Shown piece after piece: positions 26,628 through 39,787 of a stretch of DNA of 64,000 nt. Source of the DNA: Azolla caroliniana. Lineage: Eukaryota > Plantae > Polypodiophyta. Each line of letters begins with the position of its first letter. Positions within the stretch are counted from its first letter, which is position 1. The stretch is from the NCBI GenBank assembly GCA_043228905.1, contig JBHGNT010000012.1, forward strand, positions 2,480,001 through 2,544,000. The letters are read 5' to 3'. The position numbers and the translations under genes are program-made. Below the pieces are notes generated by a model. That model was given only the letters and a program-made list of their open reading frames with translations, ran no database searches and was not told the DNA's origin.

Positions 26628-27800
26628 AAATAAATGTGTGTAATATGTAATATATAAAATATGTTTGTAAGGAAGTGTATGTATAAATGTAATATGTAAT
26701 TTTTATGTATGTATGTCAATATATATGGCCAATTCTAATATGTATGTAGTATGTAATGCATGCATGTATGTGTATGTACATATTTACATATGGTAATATA
26801 TATTTGTACATATGTAATATATAAAATATATTTGTAAGGAAGTGTATGTATAAATGTAATATGTAATTTTTATGTATGTATGTCAATATATATGGCCAAT
26901 TCTAATATATATGTAGTATGTAATGCATGTATGTATGTGTATGTACATATTTACATACGGTAATATATATTTCTACATATGTAATATATAAAATATGTTT
27001 GTAAGAAAGTGTATGTATAAATGTAATATGTAATTTTTATGTATGTATTATCTATATATGTATGTCAATATATATGGCCAATTCTAATATGTATGTAGTA
27101 TGTAATGCATGTATGTATGTGTATGTACATATTTACATATGGTAATATATATTTGTACATATGTAATATATAAAATATGTTTGTAAGAAAGTGTATGTAT
27201 AAATGTAATATGTAATTTTTATGTATGTATTATCTATATATGTATGTCACATATATATGGCCAATTTTAATATGTATGTAGTATGTAATGCATGTATGTA
27301 TGTGTATGTACATATTTACATATGGTAATATATATTTGTACATATGTAATATATAAAATATGTTTGTAAGAAAGTGTATGTATAAATGTAATATGTAATT
27401 TTTATGTATGTATTATATATATATGTATGTCAATATATAATATGAATTTTTTTTTGTGTGTTTGGTTTGTATATTTGCATTTGTATATAATTGTGTGTAT
27501 AATAATAAATGTGTGTAATATGTAATATATAAAATATGTTTGTAAGGAAGTGTATGTATAAATATGTAATTTTTATGTATGTATGTCAATATATATGGCC
27601 AATTCTAATATGTATGTAGTATGTAATGCATGTATGTATGTGTATGTACATATTTACATATGGTAATATATATTTATGTTTAGTCAGCATGCATGTATAA
27701 ATGGGTGTAATGTATGTATGTATATACATATTCATGGATGTAATGTTTGAATGTAGGTATATATGGATGCATGCATGTATATGTATGTATGTATGCCACT
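26628..27800. repeat. AT-rich tandem satellite, unit ~170-180 bp, about six copies
   Basis: TAATATATAAAATATGTTTGTAAG(G/A)AAGTGTATGTATAAAT...TGGCCAATT(C/T)TAA recurs near 26647, 26815, 26983, 27163, 27343 and 27523. Confidence 0.9.
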
Positions 27801-28037
27801 TCAAATTTGAGTATTGTTTGCATAATATATTCTTTACTATCTCATTGAAATATCTAATATTTCATGGGCTTATGTAATTTTTTTTTTAGCATAATTGATA
27901 ATACCCTTATGTAAAAATATTTTCAATTCTTTATTAATACCCTTATGTATATATATTATGTATCTCACTGATTAATTAAAACCCCATTTGATGAACTCAC
28001 GTGCTATCATACAAGTTTTGACAGTGAAGTCCCCTGG

Positions 28038-31000
28038 GCAATGCCCTCTTTGCTGACGATGTGTCCTAGTAACGCCCCGCTTGTGACATGGAAATTGCAT
28101 TTAGCTAGATTGAGGCTAAGCCGGGCTTTTCGACATCTGTCAAGGCATAATCGTAAATGTTGTAAGTGTTCCTTATGACGGTCGTAAACCGCGAAGTCAT
28201 CCAGGAATACTTGCATAAATGCGGGGATGAAGTCGTCGAAAATCTCCGAGATTATGCATTGAAATGTGGGGGGGGGGGGGCGTTTTCAACCCGAACATCA
28301 TGACTACTGCTACAAACACTCCCCATTCCGTGACGAAAGCCGTTTTCTCTTGATCGTCCAGGTGCATGCGGATTTGATTATAACCACTGAACCCATCCAG
28401 AAAGCTATACCAGTTGTGATCGACTACCGTGTCAAGAATGCTATCGGTGAAAGGTAAGGGAAATGCATCGGTGATTGTGGCAGTGTTTAGTTTTCGGTAA
28501 TCCACACAAACCCGTATCTGTCTGTTCTTTTTCGGAACGACGACGATTGGGCTGAGCCGGGTTGCTCGTTTGACTAGCCGGATGAACCTGACGCGAAGTA
28601 ATTTGTCGATTTCTTCCTTGACCCGTGCCGCATAATTGGGGTTCATACGGTAACGTCGTTGTTGAACGGGCCGGGCATCCGTGTGCAAATGTATTTGATG
28701 CTGGTAGTATTGGGGATCGAGACCCTTCATGTCGCTATAAGACCATGCGAACACATCTTGATACTCCGCAAGCAGTGTTATTAAATCCGATCTGTCGTTC
28801 TCGGCCAAGTCTTTAGCTATTTTGACTGTGTGCAGCGCATCCGGGGATTCGAGGTTGACATCTTCCAGGGTGGAGGCTTTTACTCGTTGTGATATCGCTA
28901 GTTCTCGTTCAAGCGTGTCACAGGCTTGCTGCAATTCCTTCAGTGATGTAGGGTCTGATTCGTGGAGTTCGTTGGGCTTGCTACCAGTGGCGATGTAGGG
29001 CTCCATGCTCGAAAGGACGTCGATTTCGAAAAGTGGCATGATTGTTGGGTGCTCGTCGAGAAAAGAGGTCATCTCGTCGTCTGTCAGGCCATCTAGCATA
29101 TAGACTCCTTTGGCGTAAAGTGGGCTGTTATCAATCGGAGTTGGATTTCGTGCTTTTGTGGTTACGCGAACTTTTGTTTTGCCACGTCGGAACGAGATCA
29201 TATTCGTTTGCCAGTGTTGCTTGGTGTTGGCGGTACGTAACCATGGTCGGCCGAGCAAGAAAGGATACGAGTCGGGGCGTCGAGTCGTAAAATGACAGCC
29301 GACACAGTAAATGCATGTCCACCTAAGGTGAATTCCAAGTTCCGGATAAGGCTAATGGGACAGACTGATCCTATGTCTGCCATTTGTAACCAAAAAGGGC
29401 ATGACTCCTATTCCGTAATGCCGAGCTTGGAGCAGGTTGCTTCGCTGATGACGTTGATGCCGGATCCGCCATCGATAATGCAGCCGGCAACTTGATGCCT
29501 GCAGATAAAGATTTGGACGGCCGGATTTTGTGAATCCATCAAAGGAGGTCCGGGTACTGGAGCCGTGAGTGTACCGCTAGTTGCGCCATCTTCCGAGCGG
29601 TGAGGGAATGGATATTTTCCTTGAAGCGTGGGAACAGGTGAAGCAACTTATGTAGTGGCATCGAAATTTGCGAATTTGCGAGCGCTTGCCATTCTTCGTT
29701 TGGTTCCGTTGGGTTGGTTGTGTTGGGTGAATTGGCGCTGACTAGCTGGAGAGGTTCGGATTGATGTTGAGGGAATGTCGCGGTGTCGGTCTTCATGTGG
29801 TCGATGTTGCGATTATTCGCCGCCTCCACCCATTCCGTGGCCTGCCTACAAATGGAGTCTTGGGTATCCCATTGTGATGATTGCGTGGTCTTACTTCGTG
29901 TGGTGACTTGTTGGACATCCATTGTAATCATATTGATGGCGGGTGCCTTTCCCCTGGCGTCATTAGAACATTGATTGGTTGAATGGCCGGGTTGGTTACA
30001 ATTAAAACAGGTTACTAGTGCCGACATGTTGGGGTTGTCGTGCTCGAATGGTGCTGGTGCTGGATGTTGTAGTTGGTCGTCACGTCCTGGTGGAGTGTAG
30101 CCTTGGGATGGATTGCCCCGAGGCTCCATGTGGTGGTGACGCCAAGTGTTGTCGCGTTGTTGATCCCGACGGCGGTTGTCAAAATATCGGCGATTGCCGA
30201 AATATCGGGAACCTCGATTATGACGGAATCCGTGATTCGGTTGGTAATTGTAATCCCGACAGCCGTGCTGGTCATCTTGGTGACAGGGGCAAGGACCGTT
30301 CGTCTGGTGCATGTGGGTAGGGCGGTTCTGAGTGTCGTTCCGATATGGATTTTCCCTGGTGCAACAAGTTATATCAAGGGCGTTCGCTGTGTGATACTGT
30401 GGCTGGTTGTCTTCCCATGGCCGTGGTGCTTCTCTAGGTGGTGGGGGTGGTTGGACAAGGTTGGTTCGAGGCTCGATTTGGTGAATTGTAGTTGCGGCTG
30501 TGCAGTTCAGCATGTTGTATTCACATTGCTCGACCGCATGGTTCCGTGAATGGCAGATGGGGCACTGCGGTCGGGAAGGGCAGTCCAAAGCGGAGTGACC
30601 GGCACTGGTGCAAATTGTGCATTGTAAGGCCTGTCGGAACTGCGTTTCCTCCACTGTTGGTAGAGCCGTTTGCAGCATACACATGGCGAAGGAATTATTG
30701 TGGTGTGTGCGGGCCAGGGCGAGAACGCGAGCTACCACTTGCTCGATGTTGTTTTGAGAGAAGTCCGTAAGCGCCAATGTTGTGCGGAGAGGCTCCCGAA
30801 GGCCGGCAAGGAACGTGTCCTTCAGGTGGTTTGCCGAGACATCTCGCGCCACTTGTCGATATAGATCTTGGAATCTAAGGACGAACTGGGCAACGGTTTC
30901 ATGGGGTCCTTGCTCGATAGTGTAAAACTGGCTAAGCAATTCGCGAATAGGGATTTCACGACAGAAAAGCTCCAAAAACTGTGTGGACGTCCTAGAAAGT

Positions 31001-31524
31001 GGCGAACTCCCAGTGTCATGGCGAGAATACCATCGTGCGGTGGGGCCGTCAAGGGAAAGTATAAATTCGGCAATTTTGGACGCATCGATCTCTCCGGCGA
31101 TGAGCCGTTGTGTTGAATGGTTGGCCTGCCATGTGTTTAGGAAGGAGCATATGTGAGCTTCGGCATCTGGCCCGTCAGTGTAGTGGACATAGGGGTGATA
31201 CGGCATGTTATCGAGATCTGATTCATCCGGTAGGTGCAGGACACGGTTACCCTCGGTGAGCGGTGCGAGTGCCTGAGGAGCCGGGATAGGGTGGCACTCA
31301 GTTGGGGTTGTGATTGCCGGAAGAGTATTTGAAGTCGTGATGTTAGGATCGATGTGAGACGTTATGTTCGAGACGTTGGGCGTAGAGGATTGGGCTTCCT
31401 GATTGACCGGAGACGAGGATTGCGAGTCCGGAGAGGAATGTTGTGTGAGCACGGAATCAGCCATTTCCTCGGCACGCTCTGTGCGGCAGGAAGGTGGCCG
31501 AGAACGAGTGGTTCTGGTGGGCAC
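28038..31524 (-). pseudogene. Gypsy gag, protease and RT 5' half
   Basis: ORFs 29539-31524 (retrotransposon gag-like region with CCHC motifs), 28197-29258 (LGRPWL, RT motifs) and 28007-28216 (VFLDDF...GHIVSKEGIA). Confidence 0.92.
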
Positions 31525-31579
31525 CGTACTGGCGACTGGGGAGACTACTTCGTAAGTTTGTTGTGAATCACAACGTGAA

Positions 31580-31591
31580 CCGGGCGTGCCA
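31580..31591 (-). promoter_or_regulatory. Primer binding site, probably tRNA-Arg
   Basis: Minus-strand TGGCACGCCCGG just inside the LTR end (...GGTAACA). Confidence 0.65.
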
Positions 31592-31596
31592 AATTG

Positions 31597-32129
31597 TGTT
31601 ACCGCCTATCTAGAGCAACACCTTCGATCCCTATATGGATTCGGACCAAGAGACGTGGTACGAGTAGTTCCTAAGTTACCCTTGATAAATGGCGAGGACT
31701 TTATGACACCTTCACCGATGAAACACAATACTTAGGGCATGAAATAGAAAAAAACTCACTCTGTGGCGTTACGGAAGTACCACGAAAAAAGCAGATCAAA
31801 ACCCAACTCTACTATATTAAATAGATCATGAATTACATGCTCACAACTATATGCCGGTATTAATTCTTGTTCCTCTAGACTATATGTTTGATCCTATTCT
31901 GATCTTTCTATATATCTCCCCCCTTACTGTCTTCAACTTCTTTTCTTATGTAGTTTTCTGTTTTCACCTTCTTCGGCGCACATACTTATTCTTTCCTCGG
32001 TTGCGTATGACTCGGCTTCCTGTTTCATAACACTCATTTACCAACTTTTACCAACTTTTCTAATTATGATTCTTTTTAGGTCTATATACGGTTCCCAACG
32101 ATATTACATTTTTAGTCCCACGGACAACA
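31597..32129 (-). repeat. 5' LTR of the minus-strand Gypsy (~530 bp)
   Basis: TG...CA termini (TGTTGTCCG...GGTAACA on minus) next to the PBS. LINE sequence starts at 32130. No partner LTR in the window. Confidence 0.75.
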
Positions 32130-32884
32130 ACTCCTAACTCGAGAGGATGTATGAAAGATGAGGACTTTAGTTTTCACTAGATTCACTACTAGTCCTCGTT
32201 GTGTACAAAAGTCATCTAGGGCATTAAGATGCTTTTGTAGGTCGCGTTCCGACTCCGAGAGCAAGACAATGTCTTCTGCGTAGAGTAAGAGACAAACTTG
32301 CGTATCCCCAATAGTTACTCCCTTGCCTCCCTTACGAGCAATAAAATCAGTGATCTCATCAATGTAGATCCCAAAAAGAGTCGTTGATAGAGGGCAACCC
32401 TGTTTTACAAAAATGGTGCTAGTGAAACAATCGGATAGGCCACCTGGGCATCTTACGCACCCATAGACTTGCTCATATAGGGCATAAATGGCCCAGATCA
32501 TGTCATTTGGTATCTCCAAGCTCTTAAGTCTATCAAACAACCTATCCCTAGGAATTGTGTCAAAGGCTTTTCGGAAGTCCACAAAGCAACAATATAGTTT
32601 CTTCTTACGAGCCTTCGTCTGGTCAATTAAGCACCTAAGTGTGAAGATATGGTCAATAGTGGAGAAGGATCGTCTAAAGCCAGCCTGACCATGTGCTCGA
32701 AGACTTAATGTTTCCATATAATCAGTGAGCTCCGCTTCCATTACTGCACCATATAGTTTAGCGAGCGTATGACCTATCATAATGGTCCTATATGTATTTG
32801 TGTCCATTGGGTCCCCTCCTTTATGTATAGGGGCCATTGTGTTCATGGCCCATTGTGATGGAAAACCCTCGACGAGGGCACCGT

Positions 32885-33673
32885 TGTCGTGAAGAATTTC
32901 GGCCAGAGGCGGAAACCGGGAAACATTGGCTACATCGGCGAGGTGCAGTGTGTGTGCTCACCCATGTACATTTAGTGTGAATAACGAGGGCGCCTTTATG
33001 GCGCCGAAGAGTAGTCAAGTCGGGACAGACGATCCCATGTAAGTCGGGGTTTATCCCACATTGTAACGCATCCCTCTCCTTGTTCTATAAAAGGAAGGGA
33101 ACACCCTTTGTGAAGGGGTTGCCCATTTTGCGTTAGAGGGTATACCGTTAGATTTAGGGTTAGTTAAACTTCTTCTTCTTCTTCTTCTTCTTCTTCTCCC
33201 CCCCTTCGTTTTCGCTTAGGGTTTGCTTCAGCTCCTCTCCTGCGCAAGACCACGCTCGGCGCGACGAGCCCGTGAGCTCCCCGACCGGCGGCTTGGCAGC
33301 TGACGACTATTGTAACCTACCTTGGTCCGGCTCGAAGCCGGGAATGTATTCTTCCTCTTATATATATACATTTGCGTCTGTTTGTGTATATTCGCGTCTC
33401 TGTTGGTGTCGGGTGCTTCCCCTTTCCTGTGTTTCCTGTACATGAGGGCATGAGTCGAGTCGGCATGTGTGTGTGTGTGTGTGTGCGTGTGTGTGCGTGA
33501 GTCAGTGTTAAGCGCTCTCTCTCTCTCTCTCTCTCTCTCTCCCTTCGGTCGCTTCCGGTGTTCTTCTGGGATCCCCGGAAACGATGAAGCACGACTTCCT
33601 ACGCTCCGTCACTCCCTAGTCCAAGACCCCCGTGGTCCCGCCTTTCTCCACGCACGCGCGTAACAACGCGACA
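32885..33673 (+). mobile_element. Solo LTR (789 bp) related to the Trp-primed Gypsy lineage
   Basis: TGTCGTGAAGAA...CAAGACCCCCGTGGTCCCGCC...CACGCACGCGCGTAACAACGCGACA. Termini match those of 14781-15431. TSD CCGT. The LINE reads through once it is removed. Confidence 0.92.
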
Positions 33674-34892
33674 CCGTTGAAGATTAGAGTGAGAAGGGGG
33701 GCTAGGCACTCTCGAGCATATATGATGTGCTCGGCCCACAATCCTGTGTGGTCCATGGATTTCCTATGTTGTAGTTTTTTTATGACCTTCGTGACCCTAG
33801 AGGTCGTGAAAAGTGCCCCCATGGTAGGTCGAGGTGTGGAAGGCATTGGAATGGGTGGTTGGTCTAGGACATGGTAGAGTCTCTCAATATATGTGTGCCA
33901 AATATTGGGATCCTCGATGGGTGTTTGTGGTCTCGGTTCCCGTAGTCTCTTCCATGCAAGGGTGCAATCCCTACTCATGAGCATATGGTAGAGTTCCCAA
34001 TATTGAGATGCTTCCCAAACTCGTCTTTTACAACGTGTCACCTTGCGCATCTCTTTGTGAACCTGTACTGAGGAAATAGTGCCACTAAGTCGCGACACTT
34101 TAAGTTGTCTATACAACTCTCTACAATCCTCATCATACCACTTGTTCTGTGGCATAGACCCTATTCTACTATGACCAGAGTCTTTCATGTATGAGAAGCT
34201 ACTAATTGTTGTTGAGTGAAGGGTGAGTTCTGTAGTGAGGTTCTCTAAAGGCAAGAAAGAATCAAAAGATGAGAGATGGGCTTGAACATGTCAAGAGTAG
34301 ATGTTAGCGAGCTCATGCGTGAAGTGTATTATGGTGTGATGGTTGGGTTGACTAGAGTTGGTGGCGTGGGAATTGTCACGTTTTAGCTCAAAGTATAGGA
34401 AGTTATGGTCTGCACCAATGGGGCATGGGGCCACCCAGAAGTAGTTAACCATGTGGGTAGCTTTAGGGCGTCCTATTAGGTAATCAACTGTGCTTTCCCC
34501 TCCTCCATGTGGGAAACATGTGAGCTCTTCCGAGCTCGGCCACTTGGCTAAGCCATTATATATGATCATCTGGTGTCGGCTTCCAAGTTCAAGCAAATGA
34601 TGGCCAAAGCTTGTGGCGTCCGCACCTTGATCCTTTGATGTACGTGTTATGCCTAAGCCTAAAGGGTCGACATTCACCATTTCTAGGTTTCTATCCATCT
34701 GAAATATTGTGCATTGTCAGGATTGGGTTTTCGCATTGAAATCTCCTACAAGGAAGACTTCCCCTTGAGAGGAATATCGAATTATGTCATCTGATAAAGG
34801 TTCGTATGGAGAAGGCCCATTTGGCGTTCCTTCATCAACTATACTCGCCTCTCTAGCCATATTATACTGGAATCCTTTCGGGGGGAAGTAAC

Positions 34893-34944
34893 TGTAAAGA
34901 ATCGGGTGTGATTCTTGTGTAGCGGAATAGGTGTGAACTGTGTG

Positions 34945-34991
<47 letters not shown>

Positions 34992-35289
34992 TGAGACACA
35001 GAGTATACGCAAGGTAGATTATATTAACAAAGGAGAAAGACTCGACACAATACAAGGTGGGAGGAGAATGCTTTATATAGTCACCCTCTCTCTTCATTAA
35101 CTACAAGACTCATGGAGCATGGGGAATGTGAAAGCTCATAAGTTATGTGTCATAGAATATGATTCTATGACTCATACTAAATGCTAGAATACAAAGAGGT
35201 GACATAATGGTGACTCTTGACCGTTGGAGTGTCTATTCACTCTCAAGGTGAGTTCACACACTAGACCAAGTTGAGCTTGATTCTCAACA
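34893..35289 (-). repeat. 3' LTR (397 bp)
   Basis: TG...CA. Repeat of 39652-40105. Contains about 31 GA units. Confidence 0.95.
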
Positions 35290-35592
35290 CGCCCCCTCAA
35301 GCTCAAGTCGGGTTGGTTTCAGACGGTATCCGAAATCCGCTTCGACTCGCGTTCCAGAGTCCGCATCGACTCGCATTTATGTGGAGTTGCGGAATCCGTG
35401 CTCCAGCTTGCGTTGTGCGTAGTTGCGAAGTCTGTGCTTCGGCTTGCATCTTTCTTCGCGGCTTTGCGCGGTAGATCGGCTCTTCGCGGCTTCGTTGCGT
35501 GGTTGCGTAATCCACGTGTTCTTGCGTAGTGTGCACGGCTTGCGGAATCCACGTCTTATTGCGTAATGTGCGCGGTTATCGGAATCCACGCG

Positions 35593-38500
35593 TTATTGCC
35601 CAATGTCTTCAGTACTCCCCCACAAGCTTGGCAGGTTAGGGATTGTCAATTCGAGATCGGTCATGAATTGCCATAGCTTGTCGGCTCCTAAGGCTTTAGT
35701 GAAGATGTCGGCCGTTTGAAGATTTGTGCTAATGTGTTGTAGATCGACATCGTCAACTAGAACTCGCTCTCGGATGAAGTGATAGTGCACTTCGATGTGC
35801 TTTGTCCGCGCGTGGAACACTGGGTTCCGAGGATCTGCTCATGTTGTCGCAGTAAAGGGAAGTCGGATCCTTGATGGGTACGCGGAGATCCTTCAAAATC
35901 CTCTTGAGCCATACGGCTTCAGACGCAGCTACGGCTGCACCCCTGTATTCCGCCTCCGTACTCGAAAGAGCGACGGTAGGCTGCTTCTTGCTACTCCAAG
36001 ATATTGCTCCACTGCTGAGGGAGAAAACAAATACGAATGTTGATCTTCTATCGGCTTTGTAGCCGACCCAATCGGCATCTGTGTACCCCTTGAGGCATGT
36101 TGGCATCGCGATCTTGTAGAGGATGCCGCAATCCATTGTGCCACTCACGTACCGTAGAACTCGCTTAGCGCAATCCAAGTGAGTATCACACGGTGTTTGC
36201 GTGAATTGACTAAGGAGACCGACCGGATAACTGAGATCGGGTCGAGTGATCGTGAGGTAGATGAGACTCCCGATAAGTTGCCGATACTGAGTTGGCTCAC
36301 ACGCTTTGGTGCCGGAGTTCGCATCTAGTTTGAGGCCAAGGTTGTATTGCGTTATCTTCGAATGCCAAGCACGCGCCTCTTCTAATTCGCCTTATAGAAA
36401 GGCGTTCTTGACGTCCATTGGATGGAGGTGCCACCCTTTCGCCGCGGCAAGCGCAATTACGGTCCGCACCGTTGTCATCTTTGCCATTAGGGCAAAGGTC
36501 TCCTCGTGGTCAACTCCATGCGTTTGGGCGTAGCCTTTCGCTACAAGTCGCGCTTTGTAGCGGTTGACGGAACCGTCGGCGTGGTATTTCACGTTGTAAA
36601 TCCATCTGCATCCGATCGCCTTTTTCTATGGTGAGGTGGGCACGAGATACCACATCTCATTCTTGCGTAGTGCCTGCACCTCCTCGTTCATGGCTTCGAT
36701 CCATCGCGGATCCTTGGCTACTTCGGAAAAGGTTTTTGGCTCCCGTACTGTTGCTACCTTCATCATAAAGCCATAGTGATATGCCATGTAGTCGTTGTAG
36801 CCGAATCGGCTGACCAGATTCTTTTCACGGGTGGGGCGACGGAGCTTTTCATTTGCAGAGATGAGGGCTTTCTCAGCTCCGATTGGTACATCGAAGCCAC
36901 CGAACTCACTGTCAAGTGAGTGAGTCGACTCATCGTCGTCGAAGCGATCGTCTACGTATTCCACTATTTTCGCCTTGCCTTCGTCCATCTTCGGGCTAGG
37001 CCGTGATGTGCTTTGATCACTCAAAGGCTCTTGTGGTCCACTCAGTCGGGTCGTGATCGAACTTTCTTCGAACATGCATGTAAGGCGACCTTCATCCTCT
37101 AACTCTTGTTCGGCGGATTCCAGGTCGAGCGGAGTCGGAGTCGAAGTTCTCTCTGGTGCGTACCAGGATGCGGACTCGTCAAAAACGACGTCTCGACTTA
37201 CTCGAGATTTTCGAGTTAAGGGGTTGTAGCACTTGTACCCCTTTTGCTCCAATGAGTATCCTACGAGGATACATTTCTCCGACTTCGGGTCAATATTTTG
37301 ACGCTTCTCGTTGGGGATGTGCACGCACGCTATCACGCCGAATATTCGGATGTGCGATAAATCCAGCTTCTTTCCGAAGTATTTTTCATGCAGAGTGACC
37401 TCGGGCACGCCGGATGTTGTGCACCGGTTCATTAGGTAGATGGCCGTATTTGCAGCTTCAGCCCAATATGACTTGGGCATATGCTTCTCGTTCGTCATGG
37501 CCTAGGCTACTTCGAGGATATGCCGATTTTTGGGCTCGGCTACTCCCTTTTGTTGCGGAGTGTGTCAGCAAGTGAATTCTCGTTGAATTCCTTCCTTTCG
37601 GAGATATGCCGTGAAGTCGTCCGAGAAGTACTCCTTGCCGCCATCCGATCGAAGACAACGTACATGTCGGCCCGTGGCTTTCTCGACTTCATTGTTGAAT
37701 GTTTGGAAGTGTCCGAACACTTCTTTTGCCGCATCGGGTAGATCCAAGTGTGCCTAGAGAAGTTGTCGATGAAGAGCACGTAATATCGGTATCTGCCGAA
37801 TGTAGTCATCTGCGCCGGTCCCCATACGTCGGAATGGACTACGTCGAGTGGACCTTTGCTCACATTCCGCTCTGTCGGGAATGGGTGTCGGTGTTGCTTG
37901 TCGAATTGGCACACTTCGCATACACCTTCAATCTCCTTCTCTTTGAATGTCGGGAGTTCGATGACGACTCCTTTCGATTTCATTGCTTTGAGTTTGTTGA
38001 GATTGATGTGGCCGATTCGCTTGTGCCATAGCTCTATGTTGGAGTCGGCTTTCGTGCTCTTTGCGAACATGGCCGATTTCATCTTGTGTGAGTCGAGAAT
38101 GAACATTCGGCCCTCTCTTCGTCCACGTGCGATGAGTCAGCCTTCTTTCTTGATGAAGCAACTACCTTGATTAAATCGAACTTGCATACCTTGCTCTACA
38201 ATTTGGCCGACGGAGACCAAATTCTTCATAATGGTCGGTACATGCAAGACATTTTTAATGTAATTTTGCTTACCTTCTTTTCCGAACGGAACATTGCCGA
38301 TGTGCCGAATCAGGTGCGTAGTGTCATCTCCGGTTTCGACATAACCGGGTCGCTCCGGCTCTCGAAGTTCGAGAAACCATTCTTTATGAGATGTCATATA
38401 GTTTGAGGCTCTGGAGTCAACAAACCATACGTCCTCCGGATTGAGGGCACTAGTTGAGGTAGAGGCCGACATAGAGTTTGCTCTATGTTTCATCATGAAC

Positions 38501-39477
38501 ATTTCGCCACGGTCGTAGTTGTATGCGTACATCTTGCCACGATCCTCGTAGTCGGAGTTGTGCCCGTACATTCTGCTATACTCTTCGTAGTTGGAATTGT
38601 GCACGTAATTCGTGAGTTGTCGGCTTGTGGAAGCCGATTCACGCATCTTCTTTCGGCACTCTTCTTTGTGGTGGCCGAGCTTTCCGCAGTATCCGCATTC
38701 GGTTGCGTTTTGACGACTCAGGCCGGAGTGGAATCTCCCCCTTCTTGCGAAGGTTCCTCGTTGGCTTCCGTTTTGCGGCCGAAGTTGGGAGTTGTTATCG
38801 TAGGTCGGACCTCGTCCGCCTTGTCCTTGGCCGAATCAGCCTCTCGGTCGTCCGCATCCTCTTCCTCCGTTCGAGTGCATGTAGAGCATGTGGCCTTCTG
38901 ACTCATTGCTCCTTGTACGCACATGGTTTTCTTCAACCAATAGCATTGATTGGAGCTCGAAGAAGGAGGACGATTTCTCCTGTGCTAGAATGGCGGTTCG
39001 CATCGCACCGAACCGTGGTGCGAGGCCACCGAGGCATATTTGAACCATCTCATCATCATCAATATTTACACTTATTGAGCCGAGCGAATCGCAAAGCTCC
39101 TTGATCTTCGAGGTGTATGTCGTGATGGACATGTCCCTTTGTTGAATGTTGTTCAGCTCTTGGCGGAGTTGAAGCCTTCTTGCGGTTGTGTTCGCCGCAA
39201 AAATCTTTCGTAGATTTTCCCATGCCTCCTTCGGCGTCTTGGCTTCACGAATGTAGCCAAACATGTGATCGTGAACACATGTCGCCAAGCAATACATCAC
39301 GCGGCTTGCGGCCTACTCCCATGTCGCGTATCCGGGAGCCGCTTCGGTGGGTCAGTCTTCATGAGCTCCTTTGATGTAGCTCCAATAGCGTTGTCCGACA
39401 AGGTATTGGTGCATCTTGTACTCCCAAGATGCGAAGTTGTTTCGATCCAACTTCTCAGTAGGGAGAGCGCTCCCCAT
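35593..39477 (-). pseudogene. Copia gag-pol, fragmented and missing the central RT
   Basis: MGSALPTEKL..., WFVDSRAS, LWHKRIGH, VHSDVWGP, YKARLVAKG and DVKNAFL, then a jump to YRQLIGSLIYL (no YVDD seen), followed by ALSSTEAEY and ARTKHIEV. Confidence 0.9.
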
Positions 39478-39651
39478 TTGAGTATTCATTATGTCGATTC
39501 TTCTTCTTCTTCTTCTTCTCTCTTCGAATGTGAGCTATGTAGCGAAGCTACGATAGTGATGAGCCGGTTCTTGGTCGTCGGCGTGGAGCACAACACACGA
39601 TCATGATGAGGCGAATGGGCTAGATCGAGCTACCAAATCGCTTTGATACCA

Positions 39652-39696
39652 TGTAAAGAATACGGTGTGATTCTTGTGTGGCGGAATAGGTGTGAA

Positions 39697-39787
<91 letters not shown>

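Larger units (their letters stand above)
4659..32129 (-). mobile_element. Ty3/Gypsy LTR retrotransposon (non-chromovirus, Athila/Tat-like), split by an 18.5-kb insertion; 3' LTR not in window
   Basis: On the minus strand: LTR 31597-32129, PBS, gag with CCHC knuckles (29539-31524), protease (CIIDGGSG near 29460), RT (RVCVDYRKLN, FLDGFSGYNQI, VFLDDF; 28038-28700 continuing at 9503), RNase H (VDASD, YSTTEKE; 8990-9352) and integrase (7431-8966, WGLDFVGP, SDQGGHF, YYPQANG). Confidence 0.9.

Noticed and set aside
26628-27800. Regularly spaced repeats as a CRISPR-like array
   Set aside because: Whole ~170-180-bp units repeat with no unique spacers, there are no cas genes, and the context is eukaryotic.
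9504-28037. Helitron interpretation of the large insert (ends in CTGG)
   Set aside because: No 5' TC, no A|T target and no convincing subterminal hairpin. An apparent TSD is present, which Helitrons do not make.
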